A DNA stretch of 64,000 bases from Eledone cirrhosa (Eukaryota). Below the pieces are notes generated by a model that saw only the letters and a program-made list of their open reading frames with translations, was not told the DNA's origin and did not search any database. How positions within the stretch are numbered: the first letter of the stretch is position 1; each line of letters starts with the position of its first letter. Location: NCBI GenBank assembly GCA_964016885.1, contig CAXHJY010001324.1, forward strand, positions 1 through 64,000. Reading direction: 5' to 3'. Below are positions 25,220 to 38,080 of the stretch, piece after piece. Position numbers and translations under genes: made by a program.

Positions 25220-27049
25220 TAACTTTGAATAACTTTGAAATGTTTTGGCCAGTATTGGCCCAGGCCATGTCTAACTTAATAGCACCACCTGGCGAAGTCT
25301 TTCAATTCAGGATTTGGGCACCATGGCCCATTCGAGAAGAGAATTACTGTTTGCGGAGACATATCCGGGTGTGGGTGGTTTGTCCGGGATTACTTGGAGG
25401 AATTTGTCCAAAGACTTCTTGAATTTTGTGTGGTCAGTTTCTGTTTTGACGTGTCCTGGTGTGATGTTGAAGAGAGCAGGGCCGATTGAGGTGAAATAAT
25501 TGTGCCGTATTGTTGTTATGAGTTGCGATTTAGATTTTTGAATGGGACGGATAGCACGGGGCCCAAGCCTTGGGTGTATCTTGAAGGCGATGCCAACATC
25601 ATTTGGGCAGTGATGATGGAACATTTTCCACATCATGCAGATAATATAACGCTCACGGCGACGTTGGAGTGAGTAAAGTTTCAGGTTTTCCAATCGACCC
25701 CAGTAGTCAAGGTCTGACATGCCATCTATCTTTTTCGTGATTGCCCTTTGAGGAGCTTCAAGTTTCATGATACTTTGTTTCGTGTGGGGAGACCACAGTG
25801 GACAACAGTATTCAAGGTGTGGTCGGGCGAAAGTAGAGAAGAGAAGGATAATGGTGCGGGAATCTCTCGACTGGAAGGTTCTGAGGATCCAGGAACACAT
25901 TCTGCGGGCCATGTCAACTTTGCTGCTTATATGCGTGGTCCAGCTTATGTTGCTGTCCACGGTTACTCCCAAGTCTCTGATGTTGTTAGATGCCACGAGA
26001 GTTTCCCCGGAGGGAAGGGAGTACGGGAGTTTCAGAGCATCCTCTTTTCCAAAGTGGATCAGTTCGAATTTGTCTTCGTTCAGTAACATGTTGTTCTTTT
26101 CTGCCCATTGGGTAACAGCCAGTAGGTCTGACTGAAGGCTTATCCGGTCATCCACGCCATTGATGACCTTTTGGAGCTTGGAATCATCAGCGAAAATTTT
26201 AATGTTGCTGTGTTTGATGATGTCAGTGATGTCATTAATATAGATGATGAAGAGAAGTGGGCCCAACACAGTGCCTTGTGGGACTCCACTACTGACTTTG
26301 GCTGGGCTTGATTTGACTCCATCAACTACAACATGTTGGGTTCTGTTTGACAGGAAGCTCTTGATCCACTGCAGCAGCTTTCCAGTGACACCAATATTGG
26401 ACAGCTTTCTCAGTAGAATGTTATGATCAACCCTGTCAAAGGCCTTGCTGAAATCAAGGTAGATAACATCAGTGTTGGAACCTTCTCCCAAGGCTCTCAA
26501 AATGTCATCAAAGTGATGCAGTAGTTGCGTCAGGCAATCCCTTCCATTACGGAATCCATGCTGGCTGGAGTTCAGGATATTGTTACTCTCAAGGAAGTGG
26601 GTCATTCGCGATCTCACCACTCGCTCAAATACCTTAATGATATGAGAGGTGAGTGAGATTGGACGGTAATTCACGGCAAGGGATTTGTTTCCCTTTTTGA
26701 AAACTGGGACAACAGACTGGGATAGAAGGTTTTCTGGCACATATCCAGCATCCAGTGAGTTCCGCCACAGATTGGCAAGAGGAGAAGCAAGTTGGTGTTG
26801 ACACGCCTTCAAGACACAAGCAGGGAACCTATCGGGACCTACTGCTGAATTATGCTTGATTTCCTTTATTGCCGCCAAGACATCAGGGGCGCCAAACGTT
26901 ATGTCCGATAAGGTGTAATGGGGAGTAACATCGCCGATACAGCCCAGATCGGCCATATCAGGATTGCTGAAAACAGAGCAGTATTGTTTCTGCAGTATCT
27001 CACCCATGGTTTTAGCATTGTCTTGAAGAGTGCCATTTTCATCAATTAG
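25220..27049 (-). mobile_element. Non-LTR retrotransposon (CR1/Jockey-group LINE), 5'-truncated copy C
   Basis: RT ORF plus 3' UTR ending in (TTCAAAGTTA)x2; near-identical to copies A and B; flanked by TA-type microsatellites; no endonuclease domain. Confidence 0.93.
25307..27007 (-). CDS. LINE reverse transcriptase, 566 aa, uninterrupted but N-terminally truncated ORF2
   Basis: Motifs [56 protein letters not shown]; frame stays open upstream to about 27049. Confidence 0.92.
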   Translation of the reverse strand: MGEILQKQYCSVFSNPDMADLGCIGDVTPHYTLSDITFGAPDVLAAIKEIKHNSAVGPDRFPACVLKACQHQLASPLANLWRNSLDAGYVPENLLSQSVVPVFKKGNKSLAVNYRPISLTSHIIKVFERVVRSRMTHFLESNNILNSSQHGFRNGRDCLTQLLHHFDDILRALGEGSNTDVIYLDFSKAFDRVDHNILLRKLSNIGVTGKLLQWIKSFLSNRTQHVVVDGVKSSPAKVSSGVPQGTVLGPLLFIIYINDITDIIKHSNIKIFADDSKLQKVINGVDDRISLQSDLLAVTQWAEKNNMLLNEDKFELIHFGKEDALKLPYSLPSGETLVASNNIRDLGVTVDSNISWTTHISSKVDMARRMCSWILRTFQSRDSRTIILLFSTFARPHLEYCCPLWSPHTKQSIMKLEAPQRAITKKIDGMSDLDYWGRLENLKLYSLQRRRERYIICMMWKMFHHHCPNDVGIAFKIHPRLGPRAIRPIQKSKSQLITTIRHNYFTSIGPALFNITPGHVKTETDHTKFKKSLDKFLQVIPDKPPTPGYVSANSNSLLEWAMVPKS

Positions 27050-27481
27050 ATATGTATATGTATATTATATACATATACAATTAGAATGTATATAGATATA
27101 TGTATATAGATATATGTATATAGATATATGTATATAGATATATGTATATAGATATATGTATATAGATATATGTATATAGATATATGTATATAGATATATG
27201 TATATAGATATATGTATATAGATATATGTATATAGATATATGTATATAGATATATGTATATAGATATATGTATATAGATATATGTATGTATATAGATATA
27301 TGTATGTATATAGATATATGTATGTATATAGATATATATATGTATATCGATATATATATGTATATAGATATATATATATGTATATAGATATATATATATA
27401 TATGTATATAGATATATATATATATATGTATATAGATATATATATATATATGTATATAGATATATATATATATGTATATAG

Positions 27482-27512
<31 letters not shown>

Positions 27513-27525
27513 TATATGTATATAG
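27050..27525. repeat. 14-bp TATATAGATATATG satellite decaying to (TA)n
   Basis: Tandem units visible directly. Confidence 0.9.
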
Positions 27526-27780
27526 ATTACACTAATCTAAATATAGCAGGGTGAACGCTGTGGGATTTTAAGTATTTACATGCATATACAATGTTACTGT
27601 TAGGGACCAATGTCAGAACATTTTACTAATAGTTTCAGATAGTCGACAATAATAGAAGTAAAGTCAATACAATTATAATTATGTCCTAAATGTGCTTATA
27701 ATTTCAGACTAATTATTCCTATGTTGTTCTCCAAACCACAGGGATAAACAGTGAAAGTTGTTCGGTTACAATTATAAAAA

Positions 27781-27834
27781 TACCGTTTTCCCTATAGTCA
27801 TATATATATATATATGACTATAGGGAAAACGGTA
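27781..27834. repeat. Palindrome centred on a TA run (P8)
   Basis: taccgttttccctatagtca-(TA)n-tgactatagggaaaacggta; the adjacent 27850-27903 segment recurs inverted at about 58868-58920. Confidence 0.7.
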
Positions 27835-27948
27835 ATTTTATTTATGGTCTTTAAAGCGATGAAACACCAATGATGGTTGGAAGATCACTGATGAAGGACT
27901 AACTTTATTCATATGTAACCCATTAGCAACCCAGCAGCACGTTTTTCT

Positions 27949-27981
<33 letters not shown>

Positions 27982-28022
27982 GCACATGCACGATGCTCTA
28001 GCGTATCACCAGCTAACATTAA

Positions 28023-28432
28023 GGGCGGTGGATTGGCAGTATCAGTAGAGGGTCGGACGCCATGCTTTGCAGCATAGAGTTACGGCCCTTGCCATTCTGA
28101 GTTCAAATCCCGCCGAGGTTAACTTTGCCTTTCATCCTTACGGGATCGATAAAATAAAGTACCAGTAATGTACTGGGTCATTGCTGGCCTTGTGCCAAAA
28201 GTAGAAACAATTATATTTGTATACCCAAGGGCGGTGAATTGGCAGATTCTGTAGAGCGTCGGACGACATGGCTTGCTGCATACTTAAGAGACTTTACGTT
28301 CTGAGTTCAATTCTCGCCGAGGTTAGCGTTGCCTTTCATCCTCACGAGGTCGATAAAATTAAATACCAGTAACGCACTGGGGTCGAATTTCCCATCCACC
28401 AAAATTGTTGGCCTTGTGCCTAAATGAAAAAC
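28023..28432 (+). mobile_element. Two tandem S1 SINEs (28023-28213 and 28229-28432)
   Basis: Two heads (ggcggtggattggcag / ggcggtgaattggcag), each with B-box and tail. Confidence 0.85.
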
Positions 28433-28507
28433 CAGTATTATTATTATTATTACAATCATTACAGATGAATAATATACTCCCACTGAATAATATATATACA
28501 TACATAT

Positions 28508-28711
28508 ATAGGAAAAGAGTCAGAATCCCGACGGCAGAGCTCAAGCCGTTTCGACAGCTATTTCTGGACTGTCCAGAAATAGCTGTCGAAACGGCTTGAG
28601 CTCTGCCGTCGGGGTTCTGACTCCTTTTCTATTACCCACTCTACTAGCCAAAGTATCGAGCACTCTGTTGCGTTATGGTCCACCTGGTTCCTTACCACAC
28701 TTCCTTCGTTA
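28508..28711 (+). mobile_element. Palindromic element family P6, best-preserved copy
   Basis: Near-perfect palindrome centred on T28570, unique tail ending ccttcgtta; contains the 3' half of a hammerhead (GAAAcggc...gccgTC). Confidence 0.72.
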
Positions 28712-28727
28712 CACACACACACACCCA

Positions 28728-28833
28728 TCCACACCACACCACACCACACCACACCACACCACACCACACCACACCACACCACACCACACCACACCACACC
28801 ACACCACACCACACCACACCACACCACACCACA
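28728..28833. repeat. (CACAC)n pentanucleotide repeat
   Basis: Visible directly. Confidence 0.95.
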
Positions 28834-30889
28834 CCTACATACACCTACATACACTCTATGAAAATAAGGTTGAAATATTTCTTTAGATTTTCTTAGCTCC
28901 TTACTTTGTTTTAAACTATATGCCTAAGGCTATTCAGGATCATAAACAGCACCCGACTTACAGCTTGTAAAATTAAATGTGTGTAAGTTCCAAAGTCTAG
29001 ACGACTGTTTACATGATATTCTGCTTAAGGTCACACTTTTTTGTTTCTATATTTATTTCCTTATATTTATCCAGAATATATTGAATTCATGTGATTTTAT
29101 ATATTTTAAGCATTAATAAACTCAGGTAAGATTGGGTACTGCTGCTAGTAATCAATATTGGATTGTACTGAATCATCTCATTCAATCTTTTGATTACATT
29201 GATTTCTCTATTGCTGGCTAATCTCTGTATTTCAACGTTTACAGATTTTCGCCAAATTTAGAAATCATTGACTTTGATTTAATTCTCAGAGATGAAAGTT
29301 ATAAAACAAAGAAGACGTACCTCAACATATGTTTCTTGATTAAATTCTCCCATAAATATATCTATCTACAAGAGTATATGACCTTAGAATGAACTCGTAC
29401 GAACTATTAAAAGCACAAATAATCATAACGTAAATGGAAGGAATAATTTTGTGAAGCCATTTATCTTTAATATTTCAAACATAAATTTTGGAGAATATCC
29501 ACTTCGTTACTACTTATATATTCATAGACCTTTGCAGCTGCTTTCCTTTGGTGGAGATGTCTCAATTTCTGGTTTAAGTGGGTGTATTTTGAATTTTACA
29601 TCATTACTGTGGTCGCTAGGCTCACCATTAAGCAGGCGTATGATACAAACCTTTCCAGCCATGAACATTCCACCGTTTTCTCAGACTTACTGTATATATA
29701 TGATTGCGTTATCATACGTTTTTTGTTTATGTTGATGATACTACGCCGTGATCTCACGTAGATTTGACTACTATTTCGAGCAAATTAATTGACGACGACC
29801 AGCACACCCTTGTTGGCTTGTTCAGTTTTAGTTGCAGATATTTCTCTCTTGAGCAATTAAGATATCCCGTCCCCTCCGTTCCCGAACTGTCGGTATCGCT
29901 GGCTGTTTTCAGGGGCAACTCCTTTAACATTTTGTGAAAGGCTGTAGTGTTCTCTCCCTCTCCAATACCATTCTCCTATTTTTCTCTCACGTGTGTGCAT
30001 GTGTTTGAATGTGTATTTTCAATTTCATGTCATCATGTTTGTTCAGCGCCAGGATTACATTATCATTAAATCGTTCTATCTTTGGTAGTAATTTGAGGGA
30101 GATTCGTTTACCATACCCTCTTTCCCCTCATATATATATGCATGTAATTTATATGTACATATAAATATATATGGACACACACACACATATATAAGTATGT
30201 AAATATAATATCCATGTTTATGTTCAGTTTGTTTATATTCTGTGACTTCGACAAAAAAGAGCTCGTTAAGATGAGTACCAGACTAAAGACAAAAAAAAAA
30301 CAACTAGTATCGAAACGATCGACTAAATCTTTTCGACTTTGTGCCCCAGCACAGCTGGAATCAAGATTTGAAACCAGTAAAAGAATATACATATGCACGT
30401 ACTGACAGAGAGACATACAGGCAGACATACAGAAGTTTGATCTGATGATTCTTAACTGAATTGGTTTCAACAGCTCCCAGTTGAGATAATATCAAGCGTT
30501 GTTAGCCGACAGACAGAGTCAGAAAGCAGAAACTGAAGGAAATTGCCCAACAGCAATGATTGCACTATCAATGCTATTTAATACAATTCGAATTGTAAAA
30601 ATAATAACGAAACACCTCGTAAACTTCTAAGAACTTGGCAACAGTGAATAGTAGTAATATATCATATTTAACTAGTTAGTCCATTAATCCTTTTAAAGTG
30701 ATGTTAGGTATAGAGTAACACAGTTATTCGGTTAAAGCGATAGCTATAATTGAGATTGCTAAACTGTTAGTAGAAGATATATTCCATACACTTACATTCT
30801 GTTTCTCTAGCTATCAGATTTATTCAATTAATCTGATCAATAAATTCACTCTCTTATTGCAGCCAACCAAATACTTACACCAAGGCAAT

Positions 30890-31240
30890 TTATTTTACTG
30901 GTTTCGGCCATTAGACTGCGACCATGCTGGGGCACTGCCTTTAAGGGATTTAGTCAATCATATCAAACCAAGTACATATTTTTTTAATCAAGTATGGTAC
31001 TTTTTGTCGAACCACAACGTTACCGGACATAATTCAAGACACACCCACGCACGCACGCACGCACGCACGCACGCGCGACGGTCTTTCTTACAGGTTCTAC
31101 CTACCAATTTTTACTCGCAACATTTTGGTCAAGTCAAGTCTATAGTGGAAGGTACTTTTCCCAAGGCACCACGTAGTGGAACTGGCCCTGAAATCACGTA
31201 GTTGCGAGGCGAACTCCTTATACATACAACCGTGCCTGTG
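30890..31240 (-). mobile_element. Diverged tRNA-derived SINE (third family)
   Basis: Minus-strand tRNA-like head followed by gccttgggaaaagtacc; 3' part resembles the plus fragment at about 30230-30385. Confidence 0.5.
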
Positions 31241-32404
31241 CTTGTATATACTTATCGAACTGGGTTATCTTCAGATAGTAAAATCACCAATGCTCGACGT
31301 AGTTGCTCCACCTGTTACACATACGCGAAGAGCACCGATTTTCCGGTATCTGATGATCAGGTGCCTCTTCTTATTTGGATATAATTATGAGTGGACGCTT
31401 AAAGTTTGAGTGACTCCTCAGACTAGATAACTCATATTAGTAGGAAACTGTACGGTGTTACATTTAATTATACATATGTGTGTCAGCATAAGAACTAAAA
31501 CAGTTTGCGGATACTCCCTTCCTTCACTCACTAAACAGTAAAAAAAAATATTGATCTAATTATTTCATTTAAAAGAATTATCATTTTACTGTTTAGTGAA
31601 AGCTATCAGATCAGGCGCTATCTTTATCACGTAACTGTTCTGTTTTTTACAGCAGAAGTCAGGAATATATTAAGATGACCGATTCTAACAACATTTCCTA
31701 ACCTTTAGTTGGCTAGGCTTGCCATATTGTGTATCAGATAATCCTACATCTACTGATCTGAATCGCTAATTCAATATAATTTAAATGTCTGTACATTATT
31801 ACGATTGTATTTTATATGTTTAAGCAGTCAGACAAAGATACAACTGTTCACCTTTAGCTCACAATAGATATTGAAATTTCATGGCATTGTTGTCAAAGAG
31901 AATATTCTTTTCTTCTTCGTAACATTAAAAAACAATCCAAAATTTTAAAACTCCAATATCAACTAATGACACATCAGATTGCACTTTTTATTTATATTTT
32001 CTCAATAAATGTAATACACTTTAAAATGCCAACCATTGATCGTTACTCTATACAGTCATTGTTCATTTATTTCATTTATAAACCGTTCCAATGATAGGAT
32101 ATTTTGAGACAGAACATTATATTGTTGTTACGAGATCAGTTTCGGTTGTGTTGATATGTCAAATGTGAAATAATCTATTTGGGGATTTTCAATATACTTC
32201 CCAGAGACTACAAAATAATTTTTGTTTTATTGGCGACCCATGCAAGCAAGTTAGTATTGATCCAAAATATAGGCATTTCAATTAAACTGTATTAGTAATA
32301 AACCTTGGCAAATCATGAATGCCATTAATCATGCGTGTGTTTGAAACATTGTATTAGTGTTAGAAATTAATATATAACAAGTTAAAATCAGCCATTATAC
32401 CATG

Positions 32405-32434
<30 letters not shown>

Positions 32435-32436
<2 letters not shown>

Positions 32437-32760
32437 CAGGTTGAGTCATAAGTAACCGAGCAGTTCAACATTATATTCCAAATGATATTTACTAAAGTCC
32501 TGGTCATGTAGTACGACATTATAAATACATCAAATAAATGTTGTTAAAAAAATATAACTAAAGTAAGATGGCCCCGTTCCTCAACACATTTTGAAGCGAA
32601 TGTTCAAAAAGTTTATACTCAATAAAAATAAGGATCATTTTGTTTAAATACCTCTACCTAGCATTTTAAAAGTGATTCCCCATGCCTTTTAATGAAATCT
32701 GACCATGGGTACAGGAAACACGAATGTCCTTAAAATCTCTTCTATCAAAAGAAAGATGGA
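32435..32760 (-). mobile_element. Possible Tc1/mariner terminal fossil
   Basis: TA-CAGGTTGAGTCATAAG TIR-like start; minus strand ...RFKMC..GHL-like C-terminal remnant. Confidence 0.35.
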
Positions 32761-33527
32761 TATGTTTACTCACCCACACTCCTTCTTTCGTATATTTGCA
32801 CATCTATTCATATGCACACACACACAAATGAGACAACCGCACTTAAACACACATACATTATCTGAAGGCGAAAATTTTTGAATTATTATTCTTAGTATCG
32901 AAATAGTCAAATATGTATTACTTTTCATATATATATATATATTGGGTACTTCGTGAACTGAAATGTAAAATCTCTCTCTCTCTCTCCATATATATATATA
33001 TACTCTCATCCTCTTACCCTTACAACACACACAGTCTATATTTTACTTACGCACGATGTTCTTTAAAATTGTCCATTCATATAAGATACCATTTGAATAA
33101 ATTATATTTCTATTGTGTTTTACAAATTATGTATTCCGTCTATACGGAAATTATCATAGGTTTTAATGTATCACAAAACTTCCATATTAGCTTGCACACA
33201 TTACTGGCATTAAATTTATCTTAATCCAACCTCAGGTCTTCTATTAACTGTTGTTAGGTTTTGTTGAGGTATATAGCTTTTCTCTGAAAATATAAATATT
33301 AAGAAAACATTTTAAGAATCACCAAAGGTCAAAGCTGATTCTAATAGGAATACCATTTATTTAATACTGCAAGAACACAAACATGTAGACACACATTGAA
33401 AATAAAATGGAATGGTTTGGTTAGCACGCACTGATATTTTTATCTCTCCCTGGAGTATAAAATAAAAGCATTAGCTATTTTCCTTTAACAGTGCATGTAT
33501 TTGTATATAAGCAAAAATCTTTACATT

Positions 33528-33564
<37 letters not shown>

Positions 33565-34049
33565 GGTATATTAGCTTCAACGTATGTGTGTGTGTATGTA
33601 AATATATGTATATATGTCTTTCAATTCTCTCTCACCACTCACAATTTTTCATCAGCCCTAAAACTGCATTAACTACAGTCACCTCTTTTGCTTTTGTGTG
33701 TTTTACACACATGATATTTGAGACGTGAAAATATCACCCGTTCGCCATATGACAGTTAAATAGGTGAATGAATGATGCATTTTTAAGGGTCTGATAGCAA
33801 CATATCAAGTCTTAAAACTATTTCGATGTGTTTGTATTTTTGCCTATATATATTGTCACGTTGTTTCTTTTCTACAATCGACATGAAGTTCAGTGTAATG
33901 ATTCAATATGCTTGAATGCACACACGCACATCCACTTGATAAATACGTGGTATGTCGGATATGTATGTATGTGTATGCATTTACTTTACGATAAAGATAT
34001 CAAATGCAAGAATTACAGGAGCTAGTGAAGTAATACGAAGGAATGTAGG

Positions 34050-34412
34050 TGTAAAAGTCCAACTCACTATCTTCAGTTCGGTATTCGTGCCTGTGGTCAT
34101 GAGTCCTGGGTAATGACCGAAAGAATACGATCGTAAATACAAGCGGCCGAAACGGGGTTCCCCCGAAGGCTCCTTTCTGTAACGTTACTCGATAGAGTGC
34201 GTAGCTCAGAGAGCCGCTACTTTTCCAAATACAGAGATCACAGCTCCGATACTACGGGCATGTGGTTAGAAAAAATTCGTTGGACCGATGTTACGGCCAA
34301 ACCAGCTGACAGGAGACTCAAGGGTAGACTCGCAGATAGATGGGTGGATAACATGCATAAGCTCGGCTGGTTTCACTTGGGCATCCAGCCAGATCAATTG
34401 GAGACGGTTGCC
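34050..34412 (+). pseudogene. Decayed RTE-clade LINE fragment
   Basis: GHESWVMTERIRS*IQAAETGF, VTLLDRVRSSE, SQLRYYGHVVR read across frames. Confidence 0.7.
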
Positions 34413-34909
34413 GTTTTTTTATTGATGTATAAGGGGTGGCTGAATTAACATGTTACCCTCTTTAACGTATATGTGGTAGACTTAATTCTGGATGTTAGAC
34501 GTAAATTCCTACCCCGGTTTAAGAGCATCTCTCGGTATCTCTGAGGCCCTGAAAAGCGTGATGGTTGCTGTTCTTCCTTCCCTTACAATGCAGTAAAAAA
34601 TAGAGAAATAAAGATGCTGATAAATCATTGAATATTATAAATCATTACTGACAGATCATTGAATGGTATCGTGTTGAAGTAATATTAAGAATATAATGTG
34701 TTGCCTTTTACTTCAGTCCGATTTCCAGTAAATTCTTTAATATATTTCTTCTGACGAGGTAAACGTGTCAATTAGATAAAGTTTTCAAAAATGCTAAGAT
34801 ATTGTGAAACATTTGATTATTTGTCTCTTCAATCACGGTACCGATTACTGGTTATATAATAAGTTTCTTAGGAAATCTATTGTTCTCTCTCTCTCTGCTT
34901 CTCAATGCC

Positions 34910-34952
<43 letters not shown>

Positions 34953-37717
34953 TGGAAAATTACGTTTTGCTCAGTGATTCAAAACGCTCCACCGGAATAT
35001 GAGAATTACATAGTTCAATCCCCTGTAGTGACTGCCGACTCATTTGGGAGTTCTGGGACATAATTTATATTAACGAATGAATTTCTTTGAATTTTAGCAG
35101 TTTGTTTTAAGTTTATGGTTGTATCGTTACAGATGTGGACATTTGCAGCGATTCTTTTAGTTTTGAAGCTGGAGGCATTTCTAAATTAGTTCGCTAACTG
35201 CTCATTTCTTTTTTTTTTGTTTGCGGTATCGTCAACTGACGCTTGGCTTTGAAATTCTACACATAAAGCGATCCTGTTAAATTATTGTAAACTTTCGCAG
35301 GTCGAAAAGCCACGTATGTGCTGTTACATGCTTAAGACGTCCTACGCTCTATTTTTGCCTCCGTTTTCATTCTGCCGTAGAGATGGATCCCTATCTTATC
35401 AGCTAGGTTAGCTGTACCAAGTAAGAGATGTTAGTTGATATGCAACAGTAGCCGACAACATGAAGGCTATATAATCAAATTCATTTTTTCAGCTGTCTTC
35501 TACAAACATTACTATCACAAGGAAAATTATGTCTATTAAATTTCCGTACTTTTCCTACAAGGAATTGACCAAGCTATGGGCAAGCCCTACTCTACAACAT
35601 TTGCAATCTAATAACTAAAAAACCTATAATGTATTTACGCTAAATTGTAGCTATCGACAGACAATATTTGATATATATTATTCTAAGGAATGGAGTGCAT
35701 CTTCTTAATTTTATCAGTTTTCTTTTTTTTCGGAAATTTCTTGAAACGTAAGATGTAGGATAAGAAATAATGTTTTTACCGAGTGTTAGAATATATTGCG
35801 TACTTACTGTAAACATACAAATACAAAAGAGGTAATGTATTTTCCTTGGAATAAATATATTTTGAAAAAACTAAATCTAATGACAGAGAGAAAGAGAGGT
35901 GGGAGGAATGAAAATTGGGAGAAAGTGTGTATGTGAATGAGAGAGTGAGTAGGATATCTTTTGTAGATAGTTTTCAAACAACCATGGCGTGTGAACTAAA
36001 TCGATTATGATGTAATGTGTAAAGAATTCAATGCGGCGTCCACTCATAGAATAACACAAACAATTGATCAAGGAATGGTACTGTGTTTGTTGTCAAGATA
36101 TTTCTTTGGAGTTTTCTGAGATGTCCATGGTAGTTGATGCCCGTGGGAGGAGAGTTCAAATGTCGTATGGGGGAGTGATGTTGGACCTCCTTCGGTTACG
36201 ATGACGAGTGTTTTAATTGAATTGATCAACGGGACAGTCTGCTCTTCAAAATAAACGTGAAAGTGGCTGAGTATTCCACAGACATGCGTACACTGTGATC
36301 CCAGGGAGATTCAGCCTGCCACAAATTGTGACAAGGTTGTCCATTTGAATTACTGTTATAACACAATTTTGTCAGATAATTAGATTGGAGCAGCGTGAAA
36401 TAATGTCTTCTTCAATAACACAATGCGCCTTCTTGTCGGGAATCGAATTTATTATATGATGATCGTTGGCTCTCTGTCCTAAACACCAAGCCACGCGCCT
36501 TCACAGTGACTGCTGTACAGCCGCCACAGAATGGTGTCTAAATTAGGCTCAAGCTGAACATATTTTTGCGAAGCACTACTTGATTAGTGCTTTAACTTAC
36601 CTATCGCGCAATAGTGAAAGGCAAGGTTGATCAAGGCATCTTTTAAACTCAGAAAGTAAAGAGCTTGAATAAATACCGCTGAGCATTTTGTTCGATATTC
36701 TACCGATACTAATCTATTCGGTGATTTTACTGTGAATTTTAAATACGTGATGTGCATGGATACATGTCATCTATTCAAGATCCAACTAATAAACAACTGC
36801 AGAGATGACTATCCTTCTATAAACAGGAGTCAAATTCTTACAAAGACAAGGTACAAATCCAGCCACAGAGTTAACATTCAGCTCTTGATGGTACTAACTT
36901 GATTCAGCCGAGGGAACTGGAACAACGTGATTTAAGTGCCTTACACTAAGACACGATGATGATTTTCCAAGGAAACAGAAACTATAGGTATTTTGTTAAC
37001 CCCGATTATTCAGCTGTTCGTTCTAAGAAACAAGCTTAGGTCTTTATGATCACGAGCCTCGAACATACAAACTAGATTCACCTTCACCATGGCGATAAAA
37101 AAAAAGTATTTGTTAGTCCGTACTTAACCCACAAGTGAATCTCCTGAGTAACAAGACTCATTACTTAGTCATTGAAGAATATTATTAAACGTTACTTCGG
37201 TATTGCGTACTCATTCTCACAGCCATCTACATCACATGAAAGAGCCAGCTAGTTAGATGGCAGGCTAAACAGAGAAGGCTAATTTCTGTTATGAATGAAA
37301 TAATTCTATATTTAGAATATGTGCATGTTGCATTTAGTCTCCTATTTGTGTTCCATGAATTCGAAATTAAATGTTATAACGTTTTTGAGAGACTATCGTG
37401 TTCGTGTGACAGACTGACAAAAAGGCCTTATGGTTATTACAATAAATATTGAATTATATTAATACTGTTAGAATTTAAAAAAATCTCAAAAACTTTAAAG
37501 TACTACTATAACGGTGAATTAAGTAATTTAACTGAACTAATGAAGCTATACACAACATTAACTATATAGTTCATTAGTAAACTACTCGTAAAAAAGTATT
37601 TAGTTCTTTTTCAAATCATGTTCAGTACTTATGTTTGTAGAAACAGTGGAGCTAACTTCCAATGTAATTAATGTCTTTCACATTACAAATAGAACATATT
37701 TGCAGAACGATAATAAT

Positions 37718-38080
37718 AATTGTTTCTACTTTTGGCACAAGGCCAGCAATTTGAAGGGAACGGGCTAAGTCGATTAAATCGACCAAAGTGTGTTACTGGT
37801 ATGTCTTTATCGACCCCCGTAACGATGAAAGGCAAAGCTAACCACGGCGGGATTTGATATGAAGAATAAAAATAAAGCAATATTATTAATCCATGGCGGT
37901 GAATTGGCAGTATCGGTAGAGGGTCGGATACCATGCTTTGACGCATAGAGTTACGGCCCTTGCCATTCTGAGTTCAAATCCAGCCGAGGTTAACTTTACC
38001 TTTCATCCTTACGGGGTCGATAAAATAAAGTACCAGTAATGCACTAGGTAATTGCTGGCCTTGTGCCAAAAGTAGAAACA
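37718..38080. mobile_element. S1 SINE pair: partial minus copy 37718-37857 and full plus copy 37895-38080
   Basis: Homology to S1; TSD attattaatcc around the plus copy. Confidence 0.82.

Noticed and set aside
23803-25268. Long Y/I/H/T-rich ORFs (481 aa and others; also 44364-45656, 43139-43588, 59628-60079)
   Set aside because: Translations of microsatellites and minisatellites, not proteins
19861-26426. Short ORFs repeated three times ([10 protein letters not shown]..., MILCFVW..., MAWANTGQ...)
   Set aside because: Antisense or alternative frames of the LINE copies
27888-27903. cactgatgaaggac as a hammerhead
   Set aside because: No correctly placed GAAA or stems; the homologue at 58.9 kb reads ctgctga
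34751-34775. ctgacgaggtaaacgtgtc; similar partial motifs at about 507-522, 1646-1672, 43225-43246, 49822-49847 and 59315-59350
   Set aside because: Stem II or stem I missing; cannot be told from chance in AT-rich DNA
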